Part shown: piece by piece, positions 47,774 through 59,641 of the stretch
Position numbering within the stretch: the first letter of the stretch is position 1
Layout of the letters: each line of letters begins with the position of its first letter
Assembly: GCF_032191835.1 (NCBI RefSeq)
Contig: NC_083229.1
Span: forward strand, 13,950,001-14,014,000
Reading direction: 5' to 3'
DNA length: 64,000 nt
DNA from: Heteronotia binoei
Taxonomy: Eukaryota
Program-made: the position numbers and the translations under genes
The notes under the pieces: generated by a model
Told to the model about the DNA's origin: nothing
The model's input: the letters and a program-made list of their open reading frames with translations, nothing else
The model's database searches: none

Positions 47774-48450
47774 CTCTCTCTCTCGGCTTGACTTCGCGAA
47801 CGAAGATTTAAGAAAGGTGCAGTAATCCACGTCTGCTGCAGGCTCGCTGGTGGCTGACAAGACCAATGCGAGACAGGCAAGTCCGGCCACAGTGGCTGCA
47901 GGGAAAAGTCTGATTTGGGGTTGGTGCTGTAGCAGTGCGATTCTTCCTCAATCTCCTTTTGTCCTCAAGACCAGCTATGCGTGCGTTCTCAAAGGAAGAG
48001 ACAGCCTGGTGGATGGTGTGCCTCCATGCTTTGCGATCTGAGGCTAGGTCAGATCACTGGTGATGGTTGATGCGACAGGTGCCAAGGGATTTCTTCAGGG
48101 AGTCCTTGTACCTCTTCTTTGGTGCCCATTTCGATGGCCAGTGGAAAGTTCGCCATACAGGGCAATCTTGGGAAGGCGGTGGTTTTCCATCCTGGAAATA
48201 TGCCCTGCCCAGCGCAGCTGCGTCTTCAACAGCAGTGCCTCGATGCTTGTAACCTCCACCCGCTTGAGGACTTCAGTGTTGGTCACAAAGTCACTCCAGT
48301 GGATGTTGAGGATGGTGCGAAGGCAGCGCTGATGAAAGCGCTCGAGGAGTCGCAGGTGATGACGGTATAAAACCCACGATTCGGAGCCGTAGATGAGGGT
48401 TGTCATCACAACCGCTTTGCAAACATTGATCTTTGTGCCTTTTTTCAGAT
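47774..48450 (-). mobile_element. 5'-truncated RTE-clade LINE (not BovB)
   Basis: LIYGSESW..LERFHQRCLRTIL..QLRWAGHISRM..LPKIALYGEL; (GA)n tail; exact 11-bp TSD CCTTCCTCTTT (47763-47773 and 48451-48461). Confidence 0.92.
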
Positions 48451-49735
48451 CCTTCCTCTTTAACATGACCAAATCAACAAGGATCATGTGCAATTAATTG
48501 CCTTCCCTGGTGTCACCCCAGATCACTGTCCCAAGAATCCGGGTCCCATAAAAACACACCAATCAAGAATTTATCCTGCAGCACTTTGACATCCCCCTCC
48601 CCCACAGTACGGTGTAAGCAGACATTATCTTTAGAAGTACCGCTTGCCTGCAGTAACGCTTAAAAAGTGGAGTGACGGCATAGCTCCGTGGTAGAACATC
48701 TGGTTGACATGCATAAGCTACAAAGTTCACCCCTGCCATCTCTAGCGAATAGTATCGGCTTTCAGTTTTGCAGTTAGTGCACCGAGCATAAACACTTTCC
48801 ACTAAATTGCTTAATTTGTAACAGTAACATTTTGGACTCTGTCAGTTTTCCCACTGACAAGCAAATACCTACCAGGGTAAAAGGAACCCACAGGCAAAGA
48901 GGCCTCCTCCTTAAAATGACCAAATCCACAAGGTTGATGAGCAATTAATTGCATCTGCTGGAGTCACCAACATTCCTGGGAAATCCGTGTCCCATGAAAA
49001 CACCCCGATCAAGTATTTATCCTGAAGTGCTTTGAAATCCCTCGCACACAGCCCATGATAATAAGACATAATTTTAAAAACTACAGGTTGGCTACTCTAT
49101 GTTGAGCTAAAACATAAAAAGTGGAGAGATGGCGTGGCTCAGTGGTAGAGCATCTGCGTGGCACGCATAAGCTACGACAGGGATGGCCAACGGCAGCTCT
49201 CCAGATGTTTTTTTGCCTACAACTCCCATCAGCCCCAGCCATTGGTCATCTGGAGAGCTACCGTTGGCCACCCCTGAGCTACGAGGTTCACCCCCTGGCA
49301 TCTCTCATGAACAGGTGATTGGAACCAGGTAGCAGGTGATGGAAAAGATCTCCGCCCTGGGTACCACCATCACCATGCAGAAGCAGGAGGCCCACTGCCA
49401 GCCTAAGTAGACCACGCTCCTTCCCTCTTGACTCCGCTAGAGACTAAATCATGGGCTGTTTCAGGAACAGCCTTTCATCATTGCATGATGCCCAAGAGTG
49501 CTTGCCAATTTGTCCTTGCTTTCATCAAAAACCCTATTTCTGCCATCTCTAATTATAGTCTAACCCAGGGGTGTCAAACTCATGAGGGCTGGATCTGACA
49601 TAAATGAATACAGAAGGAAGAATTCAACTGTTTCTTCTGTATCAAAGGAACAGATAAGTCTCTTAGGATAAATAAGGAGTCCTGACCTTTGTCTACATTT
49701 AGATGGTCATCAGTTAAAAGCAGCAGAGCAGTCTC

Positions 49736-52700
49736 TTACCAATTTCGCACTAGAGCTTGTCCCAGGTGGAGAGCCCTTTTGCCCCTGGTGCTTCTCATCG
49801 TTTTTGCACAAGCTGCTGCAGAGCTAGGAGTTGGCATGCCACTTTCCTATGGCAAAAGAACAGTGGCAGCACAATATATGAAATACAAAAATACAAAATA
49901 TTGTGCACAAACACTCTTAACTGGTGTATATAAAGTTCTATTATAATGAAATGAACAGCCTACAACAGTGGGCATACATTCATACAGTATAAATAGAAAT
50001 AGAAAACAACAGTCTCAAAACAATATTCCAAGGAGGACCCCACACAGTCACAGAGTTTTCAAAATGAGTACAATGACTCAAAAATAAAGTTCCACAGGAG
50101 TCCCTCCGTTGTTTGTTGACTTCTGAAGGACAAATTCTAGCCTTCACGCAAACCCCGGATTTGATTGCGTTAACAAAACCCTTACTTCAACAATCTGAAT
50201 AAATATGAAAGGGACATTTTATCCCAACTATCTGATAATCCCGATCTTGTAATTAAATCAGCTGATAAAGGAGGTGGGATTGTGATTCAGGATAGGCAGG
50301 ACTATCTCTTGATGGTAGGTTCATTATTATCGGATGTGGAATACTATACACGTCTTAACACTGATCCAACTGAAAGAATATCTAAATTGGTGAGGATGGT
50401 ACTCGTAGACGCTAGAGAAATGGGGCATATCTCCAAGAAAGAGTTTGAATTTTTGGATAACCCCCACCCTAAAGTACGTATTTTTTATGCCCTCCCGAAG
50501 GTACATAAAGAAATCAGACCCCCTCCTGGTCGTCCAATTGTGTCAGGAAAGGGTTCGTTACTAGAACCCCTATCTAAATTTGTGGATCACTTTTTGAAGC
50601 CTTTTGTTTGTAAGATTCCCAGTTTTATTAGAGACACGACAGATTTTGTCTCTAAGATTGAGGATTTCTATATCCCTGCAGATGCCTCATTAGTAACATT
50701 GGATGTTCAATCATTATACACTAATATTCCCTTTGAGGATTTGAGAAGTACAGCTCAGTGTTATTTGGATCAGAGAGAGGACTTGGATCCACCAACACCT
50801 TTTTTGTTGGAGCTAGTGGACCTGATTATTGAAAATAACTATTTTCGTTTTGACCAAGAATTTTTTCTGCAACGTAAAGGGGTTGCGATGGGCAGCGCTC
50901 TGGCGCCATCTATTGCCTGTTTGTTTATGGCTGTGCTGGAAAATGATTTTTATTGTAACAGTGATGTTAACCCTTTCTTTGAAGACATATTGTTTTTTGT
51001 TAGGTTTGTGGACGACATCTTTTTGATTATGAAACATGCAGAAAGATTGGAGAGTTTAGTTGAATGGATGGACTCTTGTCACCCTAGCATTAAGTTTTCG
51101 TTTAATAGAGATCCTGACACCATTGTATTTTTGGACACAGTGGTGTATCGCACTGCCAATAGTACTCTAGCTATTAAGAACCATAGAAAGGCGGTGGCTA
51201 AGAATGGGTATCTACATTATGACTCTTTCCATCCTCCCGTTTTGCGGAATAATATACCCTATGGGCAATTCTTACGCATGAAACGAAACAGCACCTCAGT
51301 CACTGAGTATAAAAAATCGTGTAATCAACTGACAGTGCAGTTTAAGGAACGGGGTTATCCAGAAACAGTCATCAAAGGGGCGGAGACGAGGGCTGCCAAA
51401 CAAGGACGTTCCCTTATGCTTCAGCGTACGATCAAACAGAATGGAGAGGCTAGGAAAATCAAAGATTATTTTGTTCATTACAATATACTCCAAAGGCATT
51501 AGCGATTAAAAACATCATTTTGCGCCATTGGGGTATTGTTTCCAGCATTGCAGGATGTGCCTCCCCACCTATAATTGGTTTCTGTAGATCTAGGAATCTA
51601 AGGGACTATTTGGTGCATACGGATTTGAATACTGCACAGACGTCTTCTCGATTGCCCCCTGGTCATTTCCGTTGCAAGGGTTGCAAAGCGTGCAAGTACT
51701 CTCTACAAATAAAAGAGTATGTGGATCCTAGATCCCAAACAACCATTAAATTGACAGGTTTCACTAATTGTGACTCTAAAGGGGTCATCTATGCCCTGGT
51801 CTGTGGAGATTGCTCTAAAATGTACATAGGATGTTCCCGTAGGGCTATTAAGACACGTGTTTTGGAACACATCTCAAGGGTTCGCCATCAAGTTCCTGGT
51901 GTTCCTCTCCTTCAACATTTTACTGAGACTGATCATAACTTAGAAGCCTTAAAATTCTTTGTGATTCAGAAAATTGGTGATAGTAGAGGTGGTGATTTAC
52001 AAAGGACCATGTTACAAAAAGAGGCACGATGGATACATCGTTTAAACACCATTGAACCCTCTGGCCTTAACCAACACAATGATTTCTCTTGTTATATATA
52101 ATGTTCGGTGTTTCTTGGGTATGTTGGAGAGTGTGGTGTGGTCTCTTTTAAATGTTTAAGTAACAACAGCTGTGTCCGTCCCTTTAAAAAAAGCCGTGGG
52201 CTCTGGTAGCCCAAGCTGCAAATTAAGATATCATAATGGGCGTTTGAGAAAGAACTTGGCTGGATTTTTCAGGTTGTTTGACCTACTGTATCTGTATGTT
52301 TTTGTTAAAATCACTTTGGTTTAGGGTGGTTTTTATCGGTCACTTTTGTTGTTTACAGTTGACTTACGAGGAAGCTGCAGGATCAGCGGAACGCAATCAA
52401 ATCCGGGGTTTGCGTGAAGGCTAGAATTTGTCCTTCAGAAGTCAACAAACAACGGAGGGACTCCTGTGGAACTTTATTTTTGAGTCATTGTACTCATTTT
52501 GAAAACTCTGTGACTGTGTGGGGTCCTCCTTGGAATATTGTTTTGAGACTGTTGTTTTCTATTTCTATTTATACTGTATGAATGTATGCCCACTGTTGTA
52601 GGCTGTTCATTTCATTATAATAGAACTTTATATACACCAGTTAAGAGTGTTTGTGCACAATATTTTGTATTTTTGTATTTTTGTACTTTCCTATGGCAAG

Positions 52701-52844
52701 CAGAAACCGCTTGTAAGAGGATCTTGGTTGCAGCAGGAAAGTGGCGCTCCAACTCACAGCTCCGCAGCAGCTTGTGCGATAACTGAGAGAAGCGTGGGAG
52801 CAAAAGGGCTCTCCACCCGGAAGAAGCCTATTGCGAAATCGGTC
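49736..52844. mobile_element. Palindromic MITE hosting the Penelope insertion
   Basis: Arms ~49742-49848 and ~52735-52839 are diverged reverse complements of each other. Confidence 0.75.
49856..52684 (+). mobile_element. Neptune-like Penelope retroelement (RT plus GIY-YIG) with inverted pLTR
   Basis: ORF motifs IKSADKGGG, FYALPKVHK, PGRPIVS, GVAMGSALAP, RFVDDIF, CKGCKAC linker, VIYALVC..YIG, EARWIHRLNTIEPSGLN. One frameshift near 51455. Identical 291-bp inverted repeats 49881-50171 and 52390-52680. 15-bp TSD ACTTTCCTATGGCAA (49841-49855 and 52685-52699). Confidence 0.95.
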
Positions 52845-52910
52845 TCTGTCTCATGGCCCCGTGGAAACAGACTGAAAGGGTCTGCAGAAGATAAATTGGT
52901 CACGAAGACC

Positions 52911-53980
52911 TAGACAGGTTTCCCACTCACCTTACTGATTTTTAGAAGTTTCTGTTTGCTTCATTGGAGAGCAAGTTTGGTGTAGTGTTTAAGTGTGCAG
53001 ACTCTTATCTGGGAGAACCGGGTTTGATTTCCCACTCCTCCACTTGCACCTGCTAGTATGGCCTTGGGTCAGCCATAGCTCTGGCAGAGGTTGTCCTTAA
53101 AAGGGCAGCTGCTGTGAGAGCCCTCTCCAGCCCCACCCACCTCACAGGATGTCTGTTGTGGGGGGAGGAAGGTAAAGGAGATTGTGAGCCGCTCTGAGAC
53201 TCTTTGGAGTGGAGGGTGGGATATAAATCCAATATCTTCATCTACCTCACAGGGTGTCTGTTGTGGGGGAGGAAGGGAAAGGAGATTGTGAGCCGCTCTG
53301 AGACTCTTCAGAGTGGAGGGCGAGATATAAATCCAACATCTTCATCTACCTCACAGGGTGACTGTTGTGGGGGAGGAAGGAAAAGGAGATTGTGAGCCGC
53401 TCGAGACTCTTCAGAGTGGAGGGCGGGATATAAATCCAATATCTTCATCTACTTCACAGGGTGTCTGTTGTGGGGGGAGGAAGGTCAAGGAGATTGTGAG
53501 CCGCTCTGAGACTCTTTGGAGTGGAGGGCGGGATATAAATCCAATATCTTCATCTACCTCACAGGGTGTCTGTTGTGGGGGAGGAAGGAAAAGGAGATTG
53601 TGAGCTGCTCTGAGACTCTTTGGAGTGGAGGGTGGGATATAAATCCAACATCTTCATCTACCTCACAGGGTGTCTGTTGTGGGGGAGGAAGGTCAAGGAG
53701 ATTGTGAGCCGCTCTGAGACTCTTCGGAGTGGAGGGTGGGATATAAATCCAATATCTTCATCTACCTCGCAGGGTGTCTGTTGTGGGGGAGGAAGGGAAA
53801 GGAGATTGTGAGCCGCTCTGAGACTCTTCGGAGTGGAGGGTGGGATATAAATCTAATATCTTCTTCTCATAAAAAAGCCGACACTAGCTGCAGCCCCGGG
53901 GCAGATAGTGTGAAATCAAAGGGAAGCCCCGCTGAGGAAAAGAGCTTGACAGTGGCATAAAGCAAGTGGGACAACGGTCC
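52911..53980. mobile_element. MITE (family of 27591) interrupted by a Squam3-like SINE
   Basis: Left end AGACAGGTTTCCCACTCACCTTAC; the right arm resumes at ~53870. Confidence 0.6.
53139..53866 (+). repeat. Seven tandem ~104-bp copies of a Squam3-like SINE 3' half
   Basis: ACCTCACAGG unit starts at 53139, 53244, 53348, 53451, 53556, 53660 and 53764. Confidence 0.93.
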
Positions 53981-54404
53981 CAGACTTAGTCTGCTACTGC
54001 TCTCACAATCAGATTAGAGAAAAGGCAATAATTAGCTGATATTTTTTAAAAGTATGAGATGTATATCGATTGTAGGAAGACGTCCTGAATTAGTAACCGA
54101 TTTATAATATATACTAAGGCTTTGCTCATATGGACTTCACATGATTTTGGAAGTTAGAATGGGCAAGGATCCAAGGCACATACAGTGACCTTCACAGATC
54201 CCACATGCTTGTCAACGTCCATCACAGAAGGTACCCAGAAACAAATGGACAGCCAGAAGAAGAGATGTGATCTCTGGGTCTACCACTCCCCCATACAGGT
54301 CTATATCTGGCTGTTGTGAGACATCCCCAAGAGTGGGGTAGAGGGGAGCAGGACATCATGTCTTTGGGGATCCTTTCAGAAACACCACTCTGTTTGCAAT
54401 GAGC

Positions 54405-54796
54405 TCTCTCTCTCTCTCGGCTTGGCTTCGCGAACGAAGATTCAAGAAGGGTGCAATAGTCCACGTCTGCTGCAGGCTCGCTGGTGGCTGACAAGACCAA
54501 TGCGGGACAGGCAGGTCCGGCCACAGTGGCTGCAGGGAAAAGTCCGACCTAGGGTTGGTGCTGTAGCAGTGCGATTCTTCCTCAGTCTCCTTTTGTCCTC
54601 AAGACCAGCTATGCGTGCGTTCTCAAAGGAAGAGACAGCCTGGTGGATGGTGTGTCTCCATGCTTTGCGATCTGTGGCTAGGTCAGACCACTGGTGATGG
54701 TTGATGCGACAGGTGCCAAGGGATTTCTTCAAGGAGTCCTTGTACCTCTTCTTTGGTGCCCCTCTATTTCGATGGCCGGTGGAGAGTTCGCCATTG
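54405..54796 (-). mobile_element. 5'-truncated RTE-clade LINE (same family as 47774)
   Basis: C-terminal FPCSHCGRTCLSRIGLVSHQRAC motif; (GA)n tail; exact 11-bp TSD TTGCAATGAGC. Confidence 0.92.
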
Positions 54797-56838
54797 TTGC
54801 AATGAGCAGATCTTAAATAAATAGGAAGCACTTACTTCCTGAGTAGTTAGTAGAGCAAGTGAAGATCAGCAAAGTTCAGCAGACACACTTAAAGACAATG
54901 CAGGAGAAGGGCCTTCACCTCTGGGTGCCACCAAAATGGCGATCGCCGCAGCGGAGTATCGGAGCAACGGGAGCTAAAGGACTGGCCGCCACCAATATCC
55001 TAAGCCCCTGTCAAGCTCCCTGCCAGCAGGAGGTCCTTATCTGAGTCTCCCTTGGGGTGCCACAGCTTTAGGGAGGGACAGTAGCTCAGTGGTAGAGCAT
55101 CTGCTTGGGAAGCAGAAGATCCCAGGTTCAATCCCTAGCATCTCCAAAAAAGGGTCCAGGCAAATAGGTGTGGAAAACCTCAGCTTGAGACCCTGGAGAG
55201 CCGCTGTCAGTCTGAGAAGACAATACTGACTTTGATGGACTGAGGGTCTGATTAAGTATAAGGCAGCTTCATATGTTCATATGTTCACAGCTGTGAGACC
55301 CCTCCAGCTGTGCAATTCAGGGAGCCACTGGAGACGAGCTACACAGACTGCTGCCGATAGCGAGGCACAAAAACACCACTCTTGCACCAACAACAGGTTC
55401 TCATCACACCATTGGGTGGGGTCCAAAATACAACTATGATCTAAGTTTCCTCAGTGGGATAGTTAGTGCCTCTTTCTCATTAGTGTCTTTGTTGTTTCAG
55501 AGGGCCGGAAGACATGAAGATTTCCAGGGAAAGTTTCTCCATATCTCCAGAATGCCTTTGGGCTTTCAACCTTCATCTCCTCTATCAACAGCAGCTTCGT
55601 GCAAGGTGTATTCCTGTAGTAATATCATCTGGATGTGGTCAGAACATGGGTTACTACACCCACTTTACACTTTCTGAGAAAAATAGAGAACTGTCTTATC
55701 ACCCTAAATTGATCAAAAGTACTACACTCTTTGTTATCTACATTTTTATGTTTCAACAGAACGATGTGAGCATTCAGGGGGTGGGTGCCGGGTGGAGGAA
55801 AGCAGAAAACATATTAAATATATACAAAAATACATTTTGTCAGGAGCACTGGGAATCCTACAGGTTACCTCCAATTGTTTTGATCTCCCCCTCCCCACAG
55901 TCACTATCTGGAAACCTAAAGCTCCCTTGTGTAATCCTGATTCTTGAAGAAGCAACCGAAAATAAGATACTAGATTTTTCCTTGTACTGAGAGATAAAGA
56001 AAAGGCTTCCAGCTCACTGTCAGACTGAAGTGTTGATCTAGAGTCAAGGGCTTCATCCTTCTACAAGCTTTTTAGGGCTTGCCCTGGGGGCGGGGAGCCT
56101 CAGAGGAAAAGCAAAGTGGGGTGGGTTAGAGCACCCTCTTCTTAGTTCCACCAGTAACCTCTTCCTGGCTGCCTTAGTTGGGATGTGTCCTTTTCTTCCT
56201 AGATCTCCCAGGGTGTGGCTTTTAAAGGACACCATGATTGGTGGAACAGCTATGACCTCACCCATCCCCTCTATCTTGGGGGATGGCTCGCAGAACAGGA
56301 GAAGAATGGACCAGCACTTCTTCAGGTTCTGCTGCTCTACTTCTAGAAGAAGAAAATATTAGATTTATATCCCGCCCTACACTCTGAATATCAGAGCGGT
56401 AATAATCTCCTCTACCTTCCCCCCTGCCCCACAACAGACACCCTGTGAGGTAGGTGGGGCTGAGACAGCTTTTTACAGCAGTTGCTCTTTCAAGGACAAC
56501 TCCTGTGAAAGCTATGGCTGACCCAAGACCATTTCAGCAGCTGCTAGTGGAGGAGTGGGGAACCAAACCCGGTTCCCTCAGATAAGAGTCCGCACACTTA
56601 ACCACTACACCAAACTGGCTCTCACTTCTGGTCTCTTCTGCTGACAGGCCCCTGGCTTGCCCGGTATCTTTGGGCATTGGGGGAAGCTGGATAGCAACAT
56701 TACATTGGGCTTTTGAATTCCGCTCCCCATCGGACACATCCTTTGGCACAGTCTGGAGGCCACTTTTTCCTCAGAGGTGCATGCAAGACCAGGAGTTCTG
56801 ACCCTGGACACATATTTATTTGGTAATTATTTCTATAG

Positions 56839-57085
56839 AATCCCCCCTGACTTTAACATCACATACTGAGAGATCAGGAACTCAGAGCAGAAAGATAACC
56901 ACACCCTTGATGGCAATCATTTTCTCGGAAATGAAGGGAGATAAGAAGCCCACACATCTTGCTGCTTGTTCATTGCCCACCTCCATCTCTGTGCCTGAAG
57001 GTCTACTTGCACAGCTTCCTTTAATGACACCTTGATAGCTTTGGAGTCATCTTGAACAGTTGACATTGGAGCTATTCCAGCAGAG
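56839..57085 (+). other. Conserved non-coding 5' UTR exon (copy 6)
   Basis: Acceptor ATTTCTATAG| at 56838, donor GCAGAG|GTAAGT at 57085; 247 nt. Confidence 0.7.
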
Positions 57086-57132
57086 GTAAGTTTGAGAGAG
57101 ATGCATCTGTTTTAATGTATTTGATTAAACAT

Positions 57133-58792
57133 TAGGGATGGGCACAGACCAGAAAATGCTGGTTCGGTTCACGACCAGAACAAAATCGGTTCCCGGACCA
57201 GTTCGCAAACTGAACCACAGCCTGGTTCGTGAACCAGTTCACAAACTGGTCAGTTTTTTAAAAAGCCCCCCCCCCCCCCACACACACACCACAAGGCTTC
57301 GAAGCTCCAAAATGGCAGGTTGTCTCCAGATCACTCTCCTCAATGTACCCACCAAGTTTGGTCCACATTGGACTTTGGGGGGGGGGCTGAATTACAGACC
57401 CCTAAAAAAGGTCATTCAGTGCAATGTTTTTCAAAGGGATGTCACCTCTGCTGGTTCAGGAGTGACAAAAACTGACCTGGGTGTGCAACACCCACAATTC
57501 CTCCCTGGGGCGACCCTCCACATGGCCCACATGTTACATGCATGTCAGATTTGGGGGGATCCAAGTAGCAGGCCACCAAGCAAGGTGTCTCCAGGAAACT
57601 GTTTTGGGGGGAGTTGTCCAGCGTCAGTTTGAGACACTACAGTGTGGACCTGGCTAAGCTACAGGCATCAGACTCCCAGAGTACCTCCCTAGGGACCACC
57701 CACATGGCTGCAGGTGGCTGTGTCCAGCCACCCAGCCCTGGTGACATGATGATTGAATGGGGCCAAGCCTTCCATCCTACCTGGGAAGGTGACAGGGACA
57801 ACCAAGCCTGGCAACTGGGACTCACTGCACAGCTGTGGGAGGGGGCACTAGTGAACTAGCTAAGGTAATGTGTGGGGATATGTGGCAGAGGAGAAAGGAT
57901 GCTTTTTTGGAGGAGCAGCAAGGGTACCCCACAGCCGGGGAAGAGGGCAGTTAGCCAAGCCCCCCAGAAATCTGTAGGTAATTTGGGTGCCTGAGTGGGA
58001 GAGGAGAGTGGAAACCCCCCAGGCAGAGACTCAAGCAATGCAGGAAGAAACGGGGTGCTTTTTGGAGGAGCAGAAAGGGGACCCCACAGCAAGCATGCAG
58101 AGAAAAGGGCAGTTTTCAGAACCCGGAAAAGTGAACCTTCCAACCCCAAATCAAATCAAAAACATGTTTTAAATGAAAAAAAAAATCTATCCATGTTTCC
58201 CACTCCTCACAGCAAAGAAAAAGATTGTGGGGGGGGGAGCGGAGAGAGAGAGAAATGTAACTCTGAGTGCAAGGGAAGGAGAAAAAAGAAAGAGGTGATG
58301 CTTTTACTCTGGCAGTTTATATAGAGGCCTGGAGATTCAACAGGTTTCTCCGCCCACCCCAGTAATTCCTCCCCCTCAGTCCACCAAAAGATATTCTTTC
58401 ATACGCAAGAACAAGACTCACAAAAAAACAGATGCAAACAGTGGACAGGAATGCGCCACCAGTGATTATATACATCCCCCCCCACACACACACCCCATCC
58501 TGAGGAGGTCAGATCAATGCCTGTCATTGGAAATCAGACTTGCCTGTCATCTTCAGATTATCACTATTGGTCCTTCGATGGCTGGAAATATCCCACTCAT
58601 GCCCACTTTTTAGTACGGAACTCCATGAGTGGAGTTTTTTTGTCAAGAGTGCACAAGAGGTTCCGAACTGGGCAGAAAGTTCGGAGACTTCCTGGTCCGA
58701 ACATTTGACTTTCGAACCGAACTGTTCGAATCTCGAACAAGGCAAAGTCCGGACCAGATTTTAGTTCGGGTTCGGGTCTGTGCCCATCCCTA
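57133..58792. mobile_element. Non-autonomous hAT-type DNA transposon (1660 bp)
   Basis: Perfect 18-bp TIR TAGGGATGGGCACAGACC; exact 8-bp TSD TTAAACAT (57125-57132 and 58793-58800); subterminal GTTCGG/CCGAAC clusters. Confidence 0.93.
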
Positions 58793-59641
58793 TTAAACAT
58801 GCATACAAACAGGGGTTGTTTTATAGAAAAAAATAGGTGGTATAGCTCATACAGGGATTGTTATGCAGCTGCACCTACTATTCAATAGGCAAGGTGGGAA
58901 GGAGGAGAGGAAACCATCAGAAAGGTTCAGGAGCTGTGCTCCTGTGAGCTCCTGCTGAATTCAAGGCATGCATATAAATGACACAAAAGCTGCCTTATAC
59001 TAAATCAGATTTCTGTTTCGTAAGATCAGCGCTGTCTACTCAGATGGGCAGTGACTCTCCATGATATCAGGATGAGGTCTGTCTTGTCACCTACTATCTG
59101 GTCCTTTTTTAAACTGGAAATGCTGGGGATTGAACTAGATTGAAGTAGATACCCTGCCTCTGAGCCACAATCCCTCCCCTTGATGTTGGATCAGCATTTT
59201 GAATACTGAAGAAAACATGAGCATAAAGTTCTCAAATAGCAACAACAACAACTCATTTTGTAACCCCATAGAGATTCTGTATAGCTATTAGGAACATGTC
59301 TTCAGGATCTTTTTTTGAGATATGGAATTGTTATCTAGTATCTTGACTTGTCATCACCTGCATCTGTTGAGCAGCATTGAGGACCAAACTTCATGGCAAG
59401 GAGCTTGACCACCGTCAGTGACGATCATACAACCTTAAAGGGGACCCCTTCAGAGCTAGGCTTCACAACTTTCATCCCTACTAACAGCCAGCAAGAGGGG
59501 AGGGTGGTAGAGCTACAGCTCCCTTTGGCATGCTGTTAGAAGGAAGTTACTGGATCATCTGCTTGGAATAAGGCCATACCTCTCTTGTCTCTTTTCTCCT
59601 GCCAGGACAGTCTGTATAACAAAAAGGAGAGATTGCCTGCA

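Noticed and set aside
28470-53866. Regularly spaced repeats as CRISPR-like arrays
   Set aside because: No unique spacers, eukaryotic context, and the units are CR1 or SINE sequence.
54850-55060. CpG-containing stretch with AAAATGGCG (YY1-like) as a promoter
   Set aside because: Short, flanked by repeats and not shared by paralogous units; more likely a fragment of a retroelement 5' region.
55070-55145. tRNA genes at the A/B-box motifs
   Set aside because: Each continues into a shared SINE body and tail; no complete cloverleaf evident.
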